From Candidatus Pacearchaeota archaeon (GTDB taxonomy: Archaea; Nanobdellota; Nanobdellia; Pacearchaeales; DTIR01), in contig JAGVXL010000001.1 of assembly GCA_018303805.1 (NCBI GenBank), positions 110,208 through 174,207 on the forward strand: a stretch of 64,000 bases of DNA, read 5' to 3'. The first letter of the stretch is position 1, and every line of letters begins with the position of its first letter. The translations under genes and the position numbers were made by a program. The notes below the pieces were generated by a model. It was not told the origin of the DNA and did not search any database. It saw only the letters and a list, made by a program, of their open reading frames with translations. Below, in pieces: positions 37,106 through 48,110 of the stretch.

Positions 37106-37687
37106 ATGGTTATGAAATTAAAGAGTGTTTTTATTCTTGGTTCCTGCCTGCTGTTATTTGCATTGCCCCTCGTGAGCGCATACTGGGGAGGTTATAGCAG
37201 TTGGGGTTATGGCTGGTTTAGGCCTGCTGATTTGCTTGAGAATGAGTGGGTTATTTTCACTATGCTTTTTGCGATATTTTATGCAACAATCTTCGCATCA
37301 TTAGGGAAGGTGTTTAAGGAGAATAAGGCAGTTCCTGCAGTTATCTCATTAGCGCTTGCCTTCCTTGTTACAGCAGGCATCCAGAGGCAATGGATGTTTT
37401 TGGAAAGGCCTATAATGTTCTGGGCTCTCATTTTGACAATTGCGCTGGTTTTACTCACTTTCTTCAGGGCAATGAAGATTGGTCCAGCCATGTTCTTTGG
37501 AGTTTTGTTTATCTTGGTGGCATTATGGGGCACAGTTAAAAGTTCCATCAGCACGATGCTGCCTTATGGGATTGTAAGCTTTATAGACTCTATAGGGCCA
37601 TTCCGCTGGATATTTGGATTAATAGGGATAGGGCTCATAGGATACAGCTGGAGTAAATCAGCAAGCAGAGCTGAAGGAGGCAGGTAA
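37106..37687 (+). CDS. Multi-pass membrane protein
   Basis: Several hydrophobic helices. Confidence 0.7.
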   Translation: MVMKLKSVFILGSCLLLFALPLVSAYWGGYSSWGYGWFRPADLLENEWVIFTMLFAIFYATIFASLGKVFKENKAVPAVISLALAFLVTAGIQRQWMFLERPIMFWALILTIALVLLTFFRAMKIGPAMFFGVLFILVALWGTVKSSISTMLPYGIVSFIDSIGPFRWIFGLIGIGLIGYSWSKSASRAEGGR

Positions 37688-37885
37688 ATGAAACTAATTG
37701 ATTTTTTGATTGGGTTGGCAGTTTTATTTATGGGGCTTCTGCCCCTGCTTGGCAGATTTGAGCAGATAGCAGAAAAAGTTGCTTTTATCGGGCAGCCAGG
37801 CAGCACTGTTTATCAAACAATTTTAATAGTGCTGGGAGTATTGGTTATTGCCTACTCACTAAAAACACCAAAACAAAAAGTATAG
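37688..37885 (+). CDS. Small two-TM membrane protein
   Basis: 65 aa; GGAGG upstream; abuts the previous gene. Confidence 0.65.
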   Translation: MKLIDFLIGLAVLFMGLLPLLGRFEQIAEKVAFIGQPGSTVYQTILIVLGVLVIAYSLKTPKQKV

Positions 37886-37909
37886 GGAAATCAATTTATA
37901 GAATCCCTA

Positions 37910-38956
37910 TTAGAACCATTTCTTCAAGTCAGACTGCTTTGCCTCTTCCTGTAATTTTTCAAGCCTGTCCAATGCAGACTGAACTCTTTCTTCAGAAAAA
38001 TCATGCTCCTTGCATAAAATCTTTGTAAGCCCTGTTGTTTCCGGCTTTGTAAATTTAATCCCGTAATTATTGCTTACTTCTGGATTCTTGAATAGCGAGA
38101 ATATTTCCTGCCAGTTAAATTCCATTCTAAGATTCTGTTGCTGCAATTGCTGTTCTATATGCCTGAATATCAATGCAGGTTGCTTGTATTGCCTCACAAC
38201 CAACAATGCCTTTTTTGGGCCTATCCCCCTTATCCCCCCCGGGTTGTAATCTGTTCCGACAAGTATGCCCAGTGAAATAAGCTGCTCGTGGTCTAATTGC
38301 AGAGTGTTAAGCACTTGCTGCAGTTCTATCATCTCTGTCTGTATAGGCACAAATATCCCGCTCGCCAATCTTCTCTTTCTTGCTAATGTTAGATTCTGGA
38401 TTAATCTAGGAGAACCAAAAAGCAGTGCATCATAGTCCTGCGAGGCAGCAGCATATATCTGCTCATTTGTCCTGCACATATAAGCTGCCTGCGCCTCTCC
38501 TTCAGAAGGAGCCTGCACAACAGGAATTCCCAGGGCTTTGAGCAACTCTTTTGATTCTATAAGAATATCCTCTGTTAAATAGGTAGTTTGCCTTGCATAT
38601 CTCGCCATTCCTTCAATATCCTCAGCCCTTTTTGCCTCTTCATACTTTCTTTTTGCCTCTTCCTTGAGTGCATTTCTTGCCTCATGCGTAACTCCTTTAA
38701 GTGCTGGGGCTTTTCCATCAAAAACATAAACAAGCTTGATGCCCCGTGTTAACAGGTTTATGTTCCTGTAAAATAGTCCTGATAAGTGAGAAGTTATCCT
38801 TTTTTTAGAATCCATCAAAGGCGTTCCATCAGGCTGCCTTATCGTAGAAATAAACTGGTAAATTGTGTTAAAGGCATCTACTGCAAGAATCTTTCCTTGC
38901 AAGTCATGCAGTTGAATTTCCTGCCTTGGCACTATTTCAGATATCTGCAAGCCCAT
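37910..38956 (-). CDS. fen: Flap endonuclease 1
   Basis: YQFISTIRQPDGTPL, EGEAQAA, SQDYD, GTDYNPGG; PIP box QSDLKKWF. Confidence 0.97.
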   Translation of the reverse strand: MGLQISEIVPRQEIQLHDLQGKILAVDAFNTIYQFISTIRQPDGTPLMDSKKRITSHLSGLFYRNINLLTRGIKLVYVFDGKAPALKGVTHEARNALKEEAKRKYEEAKRAEDIEGMARYARQTTYLTEDILIESKELLKALGIPVVQAPSEGEAQAAYMCRTNEQIYAAASQDYDALLFGSPRLIQNLTLARKRRLASGIFVPIQTEMIELQQVLNTLQLDHEQLISLGILVGTDYNPGGIRGIGPKKALLVVRQYKQPALIFRHIEQQLQQQNLRMEFNWQEIFSLFKNPEVSNNYGIKFTKPETTGLTKILCKEHDFSEERVQSALDRLEKLQEEAKQSDLKKWF

Positions 38957-38993
38957 AAACCTAGATAGAAAAGGGAATATAAAAATTTAGTGT

Positions 38994-39332
38994 TTATCTG
39001 CAAGGACCGCCGTCCAATGCCCCAAGATGAAGCTCTAATGGGGATTTAAGCTTTGCAACAAGCCCTTTTTCCTTTGCTTTCAGAGCATTATTGTAAAGCC
39101 TTCCAAAAACATGGTGTATAACCCTGTCAGGGCATTGTGAAACCAACTCAAATTTTTTCCCATATTCTATGCTTGAAACCCTTAATTTATCATAAAAAAG
39201 TGAGATTAACTCTCTCTTTTTTCCGACATTATACTGGTTTGTCTGGGTGATAAAGTCCGGATTGAAACAGGGCTTGTAAATAGTTTCATTTAGGAGTATT
39301 GCATAAAACTTGTTTTTTGGCATTTTCATCAT
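38994..39332 (-). CDS. Hypothetical protein
   Basis: 112-aa ORF. Confidence 0.5.
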   Translation of the reverse strand: MMKMPKNKFYAILLNETIYKPCFNPDFITQTNQYNVGKKRELISLFYDKLRVSSIEYGKKFELVSQCPDRVIHHVFGRLYNNALKAKEKGLVAKLKSPLELHLGALDGGPCR

Positions 39333-39344
39333 TTTGTCCCCCCT

Positions 39345-39677
39345 CTATTTGTTTTTATAAACAGGCAACTTTATTGTCTCACCAATAGCCAAGTCAGAAG
39401 TTTTCTTACCGTTTGTTTCAAGAGTATACTCTCTCACATCTCTTGGGTCAACAGAACTTGGAATATTGCTATATTTCCTTAAAATTCTGTCTATACCGTC
39501 TCCTTTTTCAACGCTGTATTCAATAGTTCCTGCAGGATTTCTCACTATTTCCTGCTGTTTCCTGTCTTTTGGGAACATATAATCGCTCCTGACAGCATTC
39601 AAAAATAAAAAAGTGCTGCCAACCACTATAGGTGCCACTACAAATGTTCCAAGCAAAAATGATTTAAGTGTCTTCAT
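39345..39677 (-). CDS. Membrane-anchored LysM-domain protein
   Basis: YSVEKGDGIDRI...N...LAIGETIKLP after an N-terminal TM. Confidence 0.75.
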   Translation of the reverse strand: MKTLKSFLLGTFVVAPIVVGSTFLFLNAVRSDYMFPKDRKQQEIVRNPAGTIEYSVEKGDGIDRILRKYSNIPSSVDPRDVREYTLETNGKKTSDLAIGETIKLPVYKNK

Positions 39678-39766
39678 CTTTTATCTCCTTATTTGTTACT
39701 AACTTATAGTAACAACACTATTTAAACCTTTCTATTGGATTGCGGAGAGGATAAATTTTAAAAGAA

Positions 39767-42238
39767 TTGATGCATGGCATGGTTATGGAACTCAAGTTTA
39801 TCCCTCTTGATTACGACTACTTTGACTTTAACAATGAAACTTTTGTGAGAGTATGGGGCAGGACCGCAGATGGCAAGAGGGTATGCGCTATTGATGCTTA
39901 TAATGCCTATTTCTGGCTTATTCTAAAAGAAAATCTTGGCAAAAAGGATATTGAAATAGTGATGGAAAAAGTTAAGGGCATAAAATCTGAGTTTGCAGGA
40001 AGAAAAGTTTATGTCAAGAATGTTGAGTTTCATGAAAAAAATTTCCTTGGAAAGCCTGTCAAGGCATTGAAAGTTACAGTGAGCAATCATAAGGATATGC
40101 AGGTTATTTCAGAAAGAGCCAAGGATTTTGAAGAGGTTAAAATTAGGAGAGAGACAGACGTCTCTTTTATCACAAGATACATAATTGAAAAAAAGGTTTT
40201 GCCGCTGCAATGGCACTCTGTTTCCGGCGAACTGCTGGGTGAAAAGGATTTTGGGGGCATGTTTAATATTCTTGATGTGGATATTGCCATCAAAGCAGAA
40301 AATATTTCAGCAACAAGCGAAGATAATTTCCTGCCAAAAATTATGGCTTTTGATATAGAGACAGACAGCTTGGAGATAGGCAAGGGCAGCATACTCATGA
40401 TTTCTGCCGTTTCAGAAAATTTGAAGAAGGTTTTGACATGGAAGAAATTTCCAGCAGAGGGTTATGTTGAATTCTGCAAGGATGAGGCAGACATGATTGA
40501 GAAATTTTGTAGCTATATAAAAAAAGAAAAACCAGACGCGCTTGTTGGCTATTTTTCAGATGGATTTGACATGCCCTATCTGAGGGCAAGAGCAGAAAAA
40601 CACAAGATAAAGATGGATATCTCTCTTGATGGCTCCCAGCCGGTATTTGCAAGAGGCAGGATAACAAGCTCAAGGCTCGCAGGCATAGTGCATATAGACC
40701 TGTTCAGGTTTATTGAAACTGCCTACTCCCAGTATCTTCAGTCTGAAACTCTTGGATTGAATGAAGTTGCTTTGGAATTGCTTGGTGAAGGCAAAAAAGA
40801 CTTTGAACACAAGCATTCTGCCCATATAACTCATTCTGGCTGGAAGCAGTATTTTGAGTATAACCTTCAGGATGCAGTATTAACCTATAAACTTGCTGGG
40901 AAGGCATGGCAGGACATGGCTGCATTCAGCAGGATAATTCAAGAGCCATTGTTCGAGATAACCAGAGACAGGATGTCCCAGCTTGTTGAGAATTACCTCC
41001 TGCATAATCTTCATAAATTCAATGAGATTGCTGAAAAAAGGCCCCTGCATGATGAAATTGAAGAGAGAAGAATGAGAAAGAAATATGAAGGGGCATTTGT
41101 TTTTCAGCCGGTTCCTGCGCTTTATGAGAATCTAGCAATGTTTGATTTCACTAGCATGTATGCGAGTATAATAGCTACTCATAACTTGTCAAAATCAACA
41201 CAGTTGGAGAAGAAGGAGAAAGAGGCACTTGAGGTGGAACTGGAAGAACATAAGGCTTATTTCACGAAAAATCCAGGTTTTTTCTCCCTAATGCTTAATG
41301 ATATAATCAATAAGAGAAAGAAATACAAGCAGGAATACAAGAAAAATCCAGATGCCATGAATTTTGCAAGAAGCAATGCATACAAGCTGCTTGCGAATGC
41401 CGCTTATGGTTATCAGGGCTTTTTTGGAGCCAGATATTATTGCATTGATGCTGCTGCTGCAACTGCCGCGTTGGCAAGAAAATTTCTGAAAGGAGTCATT
41501 GACAAAATAAATAGCTTTGGATGCAAGGTAGTATATGCTGACACAGACGGCATTGCATTTTTGCTGCAGGATAAAAGCAAGCAAGAAGTGCTTAATCTTC
41601 TGGAAAAACTCAACTCTGGCTTGCCCGGAATAATGGAACTAGAGCTTGAAGAGTTCTACAAAAGAGGCATTTGGGTGACGAAAAGAACAGGCGAGTTCGG
41701 GGCAAAGAAGAAATATGCACTGCTAAATGAGAAAAATCAGTTAAAAGTCAGAGGTTTTGAAACTGTAAGAAGGGACTGGTGCAATTTGGCAAGGGAAGTT
41801 CAAAATGAGATTCTTTCCAGGATACTGAAAGAGGGAAATGCAACTTCAAGTTTGAAATTTGTTCAGGATGTCATAAAAAAACTTAAGAAGAGGGAAATTG
41901 AAAAGGAGAAGCTGGTTATAAAAACGCAGCTGAAAAAAGAGATCGCAGAATATGTTGCAGAAGGCCCCCATGTCACAATAGCAAAAAAAATGATTGCATT
42001 AGGAATGCCTGTTGATACAGGCATGCTGATTGAATATTACATTGCTGAAGGCAACGGGAAAGGAAAAAAACAGCTTGTCAGGGAAAAGGCAAAGCTTCCA
42101 GATGAACAAGGCAGATATGATATTACTTATTATATTGAGCATCAGATTGTGCCTGCAGTTGAAAATATCTTTGAGGTTTTTGGCATAACTAAGGGAGATT
42201 TAACCGGCAAATCCCAGAAAAAACTGCATGAATTTTAG
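39767..42238 (+). CDS. polB: Family B DNA polymerase
   Basis: Exo motifs FDIET, GFD, YNLQD; pol motifs DFTSMY, KLLANAAYGY, YADTDG, KKKY; PIP box QKKLHEF. Confidence 0.96.
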   Translation: MMHGMVMELKFIPLDYDYFDFNNETFVRVWGRTADGKRVCAIDAYNAYFWLILKENLGKKDIEIVMEKVKGIKSEFAGRKVYVKNVEFHEKNFLGKPVKALKVTVSNHKDMQVISERAKDFEEVKIRRETDVSFITRYIIEKKVLPLQWHSVSGELLGEKDFGGMFNILDVDIAIKAENISATSEDNFLPKIMAFDIETDSLEIGKGSILMISAVSENLKKVLTWKKFPAEGYVEFCKDEADMIEKFCSYIKKEKPDALVGYFSDGFDMPYLRARAEKHKIKMDISLDGSQPVFARGRITSSRLAGIVHIDLFRFIETAYSQYLQSETLGLNEVALELLGEGKKDFEHKHSAHITHSGWKQYFEYNLQDAVLTYKLAGKAWQDMAAFSRIIQEPLFEITRDRMSQLVENYLLHNLHKFNEIAEKRPLHDEIEERRMRKKYEGAFVFQPVPALYENLAMFDFTSMYASIIATHNLSKSTQLEKKEKEALEVELEEHKAYFTKNPGFFSLMLNDIINKRKKYKQEYKKNPDAMNFARSNAYKLLANAAYGYQGFFGARYYCIDAAAATAALARKFLKGVIDKINSFGCKVVYADTDGIAFLLQDKSKQEVLNLLEKLNSGLPGIMELELEEFYKRGIWVTKRTGEFGAKKKYALLNEKNQLKVRGFETVRRDWCNLAREVQNEILSRILKEGNATSSLKFVQDVIKKLKKREIEKEKLVIKTQLKKEIAEYVAEGPHVTIAKKMIALGMPVDTGMLIEYYIAEGNGKGKKQLVREKAKLPDEQGRYDITYYIEHQIVPAVENIFEVFGITKGDLTGKSQKKLHEF

Positions 42239-42243
42239 AATTT

Positions 42244-43587
42244 TTATCTCTTTCTTACTAGCATTATAATGTAAAATATAAGCAGGGCATCCGCGATTAT
42301 GAATGATGCTAGTGTTGCAAAATCAAAAATAGTAGGCGATGCAGAGATTTCCACGCATTCCGCGCAGCTGCCACCGCAATCTACTGCAATCTCATCATAA
42401 TCCTCTTTGCCATCATAGCAATACCAGCAGTAATCTTGCCTGCTTAGCTCTTTCAAGGTCAACTCAATATCCATGCTTGGCTCTTCCCCAGAAGTAAGCT
42501 CCCTTATTCTGCTTACGAACTGCCCAGTATCAGCATTAAAAATTTCTATGTACTTGCCATTGCACCATTCTACCCTATTTGTCTTTATCGGTATGGTTTC
42601 ATTACAGGTGCGGGATTCAACACCCACATTCCCCACGCAATAGGACATGTCATAGCACAGCCTCTCTTGCCTTGGTTTTACAGCATCAGTTATCTTGCCG
42701 GCAGTTATAATCTTGATATCATAACTTAGTTTGCAGACTTGCCAGTCAGAGCATGTCCAATTTGGCTCGCATTTAATATTTTTTTGCATGCATACTGGAT
42801 CCAGCCATTCTGTTGGGGGCATATAAGTGTTATATTCACACTGCACATTAATTTTTTTGCATTCCCTGTAATGCTTTCCGTATACACATCCAGACCAATT
42901 GCTGCACTGCCATTTATCAACACAGCTTGAGTTTATGACGTTGAAACGCCACTCAATGGTTTTTGAATTTCTTGAGTCGTTTACAATGGCATTGACTATG
43001 TATCTTGTTACATCTTCTTTAAACTGCTGGCTCTTTAAAATCCCCCCCCTTTTCTGCAGGGATGTTTGGTTATAAGTAAAATGGCTTATTATGCTCCCCT
43101 TTGCCCCTTCTTCCTTCTCAATATTTCCGTTTACAAGCCATTGTACATTAACAGCATCATTATCCGGGTCAAAAGCAACAATTCCAAATTCTATCTGCCC
43201 AGGAGAAACAACAAAAGTTTTCATTGCAGGAAAACTCATCTCAATAATTGGCTCTATGTTTGTGATGTCCGGTTTTTCTTTCTTTTCTATCTCTTCTGCA
43301 AGAGATTTATTCGCGAAAAAGGTTATAATCTCATCCCCCAGCCAGCCGATTTTTGGGGTTATTGTGGCAATGCTATTCTTAATTGAGATTGTAACATTTT
43401 CCGTTTTGCTATGGTGGTATATATCTGCTTTTGGAAGATATTTTGCCAGGTCAATAGAGACGTTCTTTCCGCCCTCTATAGAGTGAAATTTTATTGTAAG
43501 CCTGTCCTCTTCAGCCGTTGCTATCCCCAATGCAGAGACAATTATAATAATGCACAAAAGAATCAAAAACCTTCCCTCTTTACCCAT
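42244..43587 (-). CDS. Cys-rich membrane-anchored surface protein
   Basis: Signal peptide, WxCSxW repeats, CYDG...DCGGSC, C-terminal TM. Confidence 0.8.
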   Translation of the reverse strand: MGKEGRFLILLCIIIIVSALGIATAEEDRLTIKFHSIEGGKNVSIDLAKYLPKADIYHHSKTENVTISIKNSIATITPKIGWLGDEIITFFANKSLAEEIEKKEKPDITNIEPIIEMSFPAMKTFVVSPGQIEFGIVAFDPDNDAVNVQWLVNGNIEKEEGAKGSIISHFTYNQTSLQKRGGILKSQQFKEDVTRYIVNAIVNDSRNSKTIEWRFNVINSSCVDKWQCSNWSGCVYGKHYRECKKINVQCEYNTYMPPTEWLDPVCMQKNIKCEPNWTCSDWQVCKLSYDIKIITAGKITDAVKPRQERLCYDMSYCVGNVGVESRTCNETIPIKTNRVEWCNGKYIEIFNADTGQFVSRIRELTSGEEPSMDIELTLKELSRQDYCWYCYDGKEDYDEIAVDCGGSCAECVEISASPTIFDFATLASFIIADALLIFYIIMLVRKR

Positions 43588-43712
43588 ATATAATTTATAG
43601 ATTTTCTATTTTTTAACCTTTCGCATATTAATTTGGTGATATTGAAGTATACGGTGAACCTAAAAGTTTTTTAATTCAAAAACTTTTTATACTGCCCCTT
43701 AGTAGTATAATT

Positions 43713-45152
43713 ATGGGGGGAACAAAGAAGCGCTGGACTATTTTGCTTTTCTTATCAATCCTGTTTATCCACGCAAGCAGGCTTGTTTATGCAGGAGAAA
43801 TTTCTATCGGCGGTTATAGGTATCCTTCGATAATATTAATTCCCATAATTTCTATTGTAGTATGCTCCATAATTTTGATTGCGCTGTTTATAAATATCGC
43901 AAGAAAGAAAATCAGTGCTGTTGGCGCTGGCAGGGGTTTTTCTTTTTTTGGGAAGGCAAAAAGGGAGAAAAAACAGGAGAATGTTTATTTAGGAGAATTA
44001 AAAAAGTTCAGGAAGGGGCTGCATGAAATGCAGGTTGAGCAGGCATTTAATGCCCTATCCACTATAACAAGGAATTTCTTCAGGGAGATGCTTGATTTGC
44101 ATTATGAGTTTACCTATGATGAGCTTGAACAGGAGTTGAGGAAGAGGAATAAAAGAAAGGAGCTTATTGATATCTCTAAAGAGATTTCTGAGATGAAATA
44201 TAGCGGGAAAAGAATAACAAAGCAGGAATTAGAGGCTTTAGCTGGAAGAATTGAGCAGCTTGTAAAAAAAGAACAGTTTAGGAAAGAAGAGGCTGAACTC
44301 AAGATAAGCAAGGCAATTGTAAAGGGTAGGAGTGGGTTTTTCAGCAAAATATCCCAAATTGAAACAGAAAAGGGCAAGAAAAAACACCTGCTTGAACTGA
44401 TGGAGCAGGAGGAAGAAGCCCTGAAGAAAGACATGGAAATAGCCAAGAATATCTATCATCGGATTCTTTCGTCTTACTACAAACTGCCGGCAAGAGACAG
44501 AAGAGAGATTTATGATAAACTGACAGGTTTCTACCAGCAAGTAAACAAGATGCTCTTTTCTTCATTCTATAGCAAAAAAAGCAAGAAACAGCTGGAATAT
44601 TTCACAAAGAAACTCGAAGAACTGCAGAAACAGGCGCAGGGAGTTATTGCGAAAGAGAAAGCAGTAGAGAGATTTAAATTGCCTGAACTTAAGCCTCATG
44701 CAAAAGTTCATGTTAGGCATTTAGAAAGCGAGATTAGAAAGGAGAGGGCAATCAAAACAGAGGAGCTGAAAAAACTTGAAAAGATTGAGAAAGAGGCCCA
44801 GGAGAGAATAAAGAGCATTACGGAGAGGGTAATTGAACAGAATATTCTCCGACAACCTGTGGAAAAACCTGAAGAAAAGACAACTATCCGGGAGATAAAA
44901 TATGTTACGCCATCCCCTCAAGCTGAGAACCATGTTGCAAGGCAGATTATCCACAAGTCAAGCGAGCATGCACCAGCCGTGCATAAGGCCAAACAGCCAG
45001 AAGCTGAGATGAAAGCCAAACATGAAAAGGAAATCAAAACAGCAATGCATATGCCGCACAAGGCAAAAGACAAGAAATTCATGCATATTGCGCGAGAGGA
45101 GAAAGAAATACTGCAGAAACTGGAGAGATTAAGAAAGGGATATATCGGCTGA
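43713..45152 (+). CDS. Membrane-anchored charged helical protein
   Basis: Two N-terminal hydrophobic segments, K/E-rich body. Confidence 0.7.
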   Translation: MGGTKKRWTILLFLSILFIHASRLVYAGEISIGGYRYPSIILIPIISIVVCSIILIALFINIARKKISAVGAGRGFSFFGKAKREKKQENVYLGELKKFRKGLHEMQVEQAFNALSTITRNFFREMLDLHYEFTYDELEQELRKRNKRKELIDISKEISEMKYSGKRITKQELEALAGRIEQLVKKEQFRKEEAELKISKAIVKGRSGFFSKISQIETEKGKKKHLLELMEQEEEALKKDMEIAKNIYHRILSSYYKLPARDRREIYDKLTGFYQQVNKMLFSSFYSKKSKKQLEYFTKKLEELQKQAQGVIAKEKAVERFKLPELKPHAKVHVRHLESEIRKERAIKTEELKKLEKIEKEAQERIKSITERVIEQNILRQPVEKPEEKTTIREIKYVTPSPQAENHVARQIIHKSSEHAPAVHKAKQPEAEMKAKHEKEIKTAMHMPHKAKDKKFMHIAREEKEILQKLERLRKGYIG

Positions 45153-45195
45153 AAAAATTTTTTGAGGTTTAAATTTATTTTTTATTGAGTATTTA

Positions 45196-46131
45196 TTAAG
45201 GCAAGGTCCTGTATCTTGTATTGATTAAGAACCATTCAATAAGCAATAAAAATAGTGCTATAAACAGCAGGGTTGCAGATGCATTAAAAGAGAGTTTCAC
45301 ATTTGTTGTGCTTGTTATTTCTTTATACGCCTTTAACAGTTCGTCTTTGTTTTTTGCCTGGTTATATCCCCCCCCAGTATTATAGGCAATTGATTTCAAG
45401 GCGTCCTCATCAAGTTCTGAGGAGAATCCAATATCCCCTATCTGCATTTTCCCGCCAGAGACGGTCCCAAGCCCTATTGTGTGGATTGTAACCGCATTTT
45501 TTCTGGCATAATCTATTATTTCATCTATTGTGCCGACATTAATCTGCCCATCTGTCAGCAATATCACCGCCTTAAGATTTTTGCCCTTGAATAAGACACT
45601 AACTGATGTTACAACAGCATCGAGTATGTCTGTGCCGCCAACATATTTGACTTCTATGCCCCTTATTGCATTTTTTACGTTTAACAAATCAGATGTTAGT
45701 TCTTGCTCTACAAATGACGAACCGGAAAAAGAGACAACAGCAATTTCAGTCCTTGCCTTCAAGGAATCAACAAAAGCAATAGCAGAATCTTTTGCAGTCT
45801 CAAGCCTGTTTGGCATGATATCCTGCGCCAGCATGCTGCTTGAAGCATCTATTGCAAGCACATAATCCACGTTGCTTGACTTGCCGGTATACCATACTGT
45901 TGTGCCTGCAGCGGCAAGAATAACACAGATTACAATAAGGAGCCTTATATAAAGCAACAAAACATTTTTAGAGAATATCTCCGAGCCAGTAACTCTTTCA
46001 ATTGCCTCAAAATTTGCAAATTTTAATGCTCTTCTTTTAATATATTTGAGGGTTGTGAAGTGCAGTGCTATAAGGAGGATTATTGCCAGTAAGAACCACA
46101 GATAAAAAGCATTCCTAAATATTATCTCCAT
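45196..46131 (-). CDS. BatA-like VWA domain membrane protein
   Basis: MIDAS DASSS, PNRL, LLTDG; N- and C-terminal TM. Confidence 0.9.
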   Translation of the reverse strand: MEIIFRNAFYLWFLLAIILLIALHFTTLKYIKRRALKFANFEAIERVTGSEIFSKNVLLLYIRLLIVICVILAAAGTTVWYTGKSSNVDYVLAIDASSSMLAQDIMPNRLETAKDSAIAFVDSLKARTEIAVVSFSGSSFVEQELTSDLLNVKNAIRGIEVKYVGGTDILDAVVTSVSVLFKGKNLKAVILLTDGQINVGTIDEIIDYARKNAVTIHTIGLGTVSGGKMQIGDIGFSSELDEDALKSIAYNTGGGYNQAKNKDELLKAYKEITSTTNVKLSFNASATLLFIALFLLLIEWFLINTRYRTLP

Positions 46132-46139
46132 TTAGCTGC

Positions 46140-47033
46140 TTACCTCCATCTTTTCCTCACTCTTTGCTTAAAAAAGTCTACAAGAGGGCCTACAAACGAT
46201 TTTTCTGTGGGTATCATAACAAAATCAGCTTTTGCCTGCATGAATATCTCCTTAATCTGCTGCTGTTGCGCCCGGGCATATTTCTCATATGCTTCCTTGA
46301 CTAATGAAGGGTCAACAAGAAGGGTTTTGCCTGAATAGGGGTCTTCCAAAACTATCTGCTGTGATAATTGGGGCATATTCCTGTCGCGGGGGTCTGAAAC
46401 CATTACCCCAATAATCTCAAATTTTTGGCTTAAGATTTTCAGGCTTCTTGCCCAATTTCTTGAACCTATAAAATCTGAGAATATTATAAGCAGGGCTATT
46501 GACCCGGAAAGGCGCCCTGTCAGGGACTTCAGTGCATTATCCAAATCAAAATTGCCCCCGTAAATATCAGGGTCAAGCAATGTCTTTACAAGAAAATGGA
46601 GCTGCCTTGTGCCTGCTACAGGCATTTTCTCCTTGATGACTCTTTCATTGAATAATGCAAATCCGACTCTGTCGCCTTCTTTTAACATGAAATTTGCAAG
46701 TGCAGCGGAAATCTCTAAGGTATATTCGTTTTTCAGTTTTGGAGTGGAGCCAAAAACCATGCTGTTGCTCACATCTATCAGAAAAAAAATCTGCAAGTCC
46801 CGCTCTTCAACATATTCCTTCATAAGCAGCTCGTTTGCCCTTGCAGATGCCTTCCAGTCAATTCTGACTGCATCATCAGATGGGTTATAAGGGACATATC
46901 TGTCAAATTCAAGCCCCCTGCCCCGAAATATGCTCTTATATTGCCCGATTATCCTTGTAACCACGGTTTTCTTTATTGCTATCTCAAACTGCCTTATTGC
47001 TTGGGGGATATTAACATTAAGATACCTTTTCAT
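46140..47033 (-). CDS. DUF58 domain protein
   Basis: GRGLEF...Y...DD...IDWKASAR...EER...DVSNSM. Confidence 0.92.
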   Translation of the reverse strand: MKRYLNVNIPQAIRQFEIAIKKTVVTRIIGQYKSIFRGRGLEFDRYVPYNPSDDAVRIDWKASARANELLMKEYVEERDLQIFFLIDVSNSMVFGSTPKLKNEYTLEISAALANFMLKEGDRVGFALFNERVIKEKMPVAGTRQLHFLVKTLLDPDIYGGNFDLDNALKSLTGRLSGSIALLIIFSDFIGSRNWARSLKILSQKFEIIGVMVSDPRDRNMPQLSQQIVLEDPYSGKTLLVDPSLVKEAYEKYARAQQQQIKEIFMQAKADFVMIPTEKSFVGPLVDFFKQRVRKRWR

Positions 47034-47071
47034 TTTTCTTGTGGAACTCTTTTAAAAATTTCCCGAGGTAA

Positions 47072-48049
47072 TTAAGGAACAGGCACTTTTGAAAGAATCT
47101 CATTTATTATATCATCTGTTTTTATGTTCTCTGCCTGCCCTTCATAACTAAGCAGAATCCTGTGTCTTAATACATCTGGGGCAACAAGCTTGACATGCTG
47201 AGGAACGACAAATGTGCTTCCCCGCAACAATGCCTCTGCCTTTGCTGCTATAAACAGCCCTATTGATGCTCTTGGAGAGCCGCCCCACTCTATGTATTTT
47301 CCGAGATTTATTCCCTTGGGGTTCCTTGTCATGTTGACAATCCTAACTATATATTGTTCAACTGCCTTGCTGATGAAAATCTTCTTTGTGATTTTTTGCA
47401 TTTCAATAATCTCTTTCTGGTTTGTCCTGGCTTTTAATCCAAATTCCTCAAAATTTTTTAGAGTCATGTTATTCCTGATTATCCTCTCTTCGTCTTGTAT
47501 TGTAGGATAGCCCATCAGCAGCTTAAAAATAAATCTGTCAACCTGCGCCTCAGGCAAGGTGTAAACACCAGCAGTTTCAATAGGATTTTGCGTTGCCATT
47601 ACAAAAAAAGGTGGTGGCAAAGGAAATGTTTCCTTGCCGATTGTAACCTGCTTTTCCTGCATTGCCTCAAGCAGGGCAGACTGTGTTTTTGGAGGGCTTC
47701 TGTTTATTTCATCACCAAGTATATAATTTGCGAATATCGGCCCCTTGATTATAGTAAATCCCTGCTCTCGGGTGTATGTTGTAATGCCTAAAATATCTGT
47801 AGGCAGCAAATCAACAGTAAATTGAATTCTCTTGAATTCACACCCAGTAACCATGCCTAAGGTTCTGATTAAAAGTGTTTTGGCTATGCCTGGAACTCCC
47901 TCAACAAGAACATGCCCGTCAGCCAGCAGGGCTCTCAGAAGCCCTTCTATAATTCTCTCCTGCCCAGTAACCGCCTTTCCAGTCTCTTTCTTTATTTTGT
48001 TAAGAATTTCAGAGCAATATTTTATCTTTGCCTTAAGATTTTCAGCCAT
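47072..48049 (-). CDS. moxR: MoxR family AAA+ ATPase
   Basis: HVLVEGVPGIAKT, RIQFT.DLLP.DI.G, DEINR, ATQNPIE, LPEAQVDRF. Confidence 0.96.
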   Translation of the reverse strand: MAENLKAKIKYCSEILNKIKKETGKAVTGQERIIEGLLRALLADGHVLVEGVPGIAKTLLIRTLGMVTGCEFKRIQFTVDLLPTDILGITTYTREQGFTIIKGPIFANYILGDEINRSPPKTQSALLEAMQEKQVTIGKETFPLPPPFFVMATQNPIETAGVYTLPEAQVDRFIFKLLMGYPTIQDEERIIRNNMTLKNFEEFGLKARTNQKEIIEMQKITKKIFISKAVEQYIVRIVNMTRNPKGINLGKYIEWGGSPRASIGLFIAAKAEALLRGSTFVVPQHVKLVAPDVLRHRILLSYEGQAENIKTDDIINEILSKVPVP

Positions 48050-48110
48050 TTTTTAATTTTGATTTATCTTTTCTATAAGACTTTTTCCAAACATCCTCTT
48101 TTTCAATTTA

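Noticed and set aside
39767-42238. Intein or inactivated PolB
   Set aside because: Normal length with intact exonuclease and polymerase motifs
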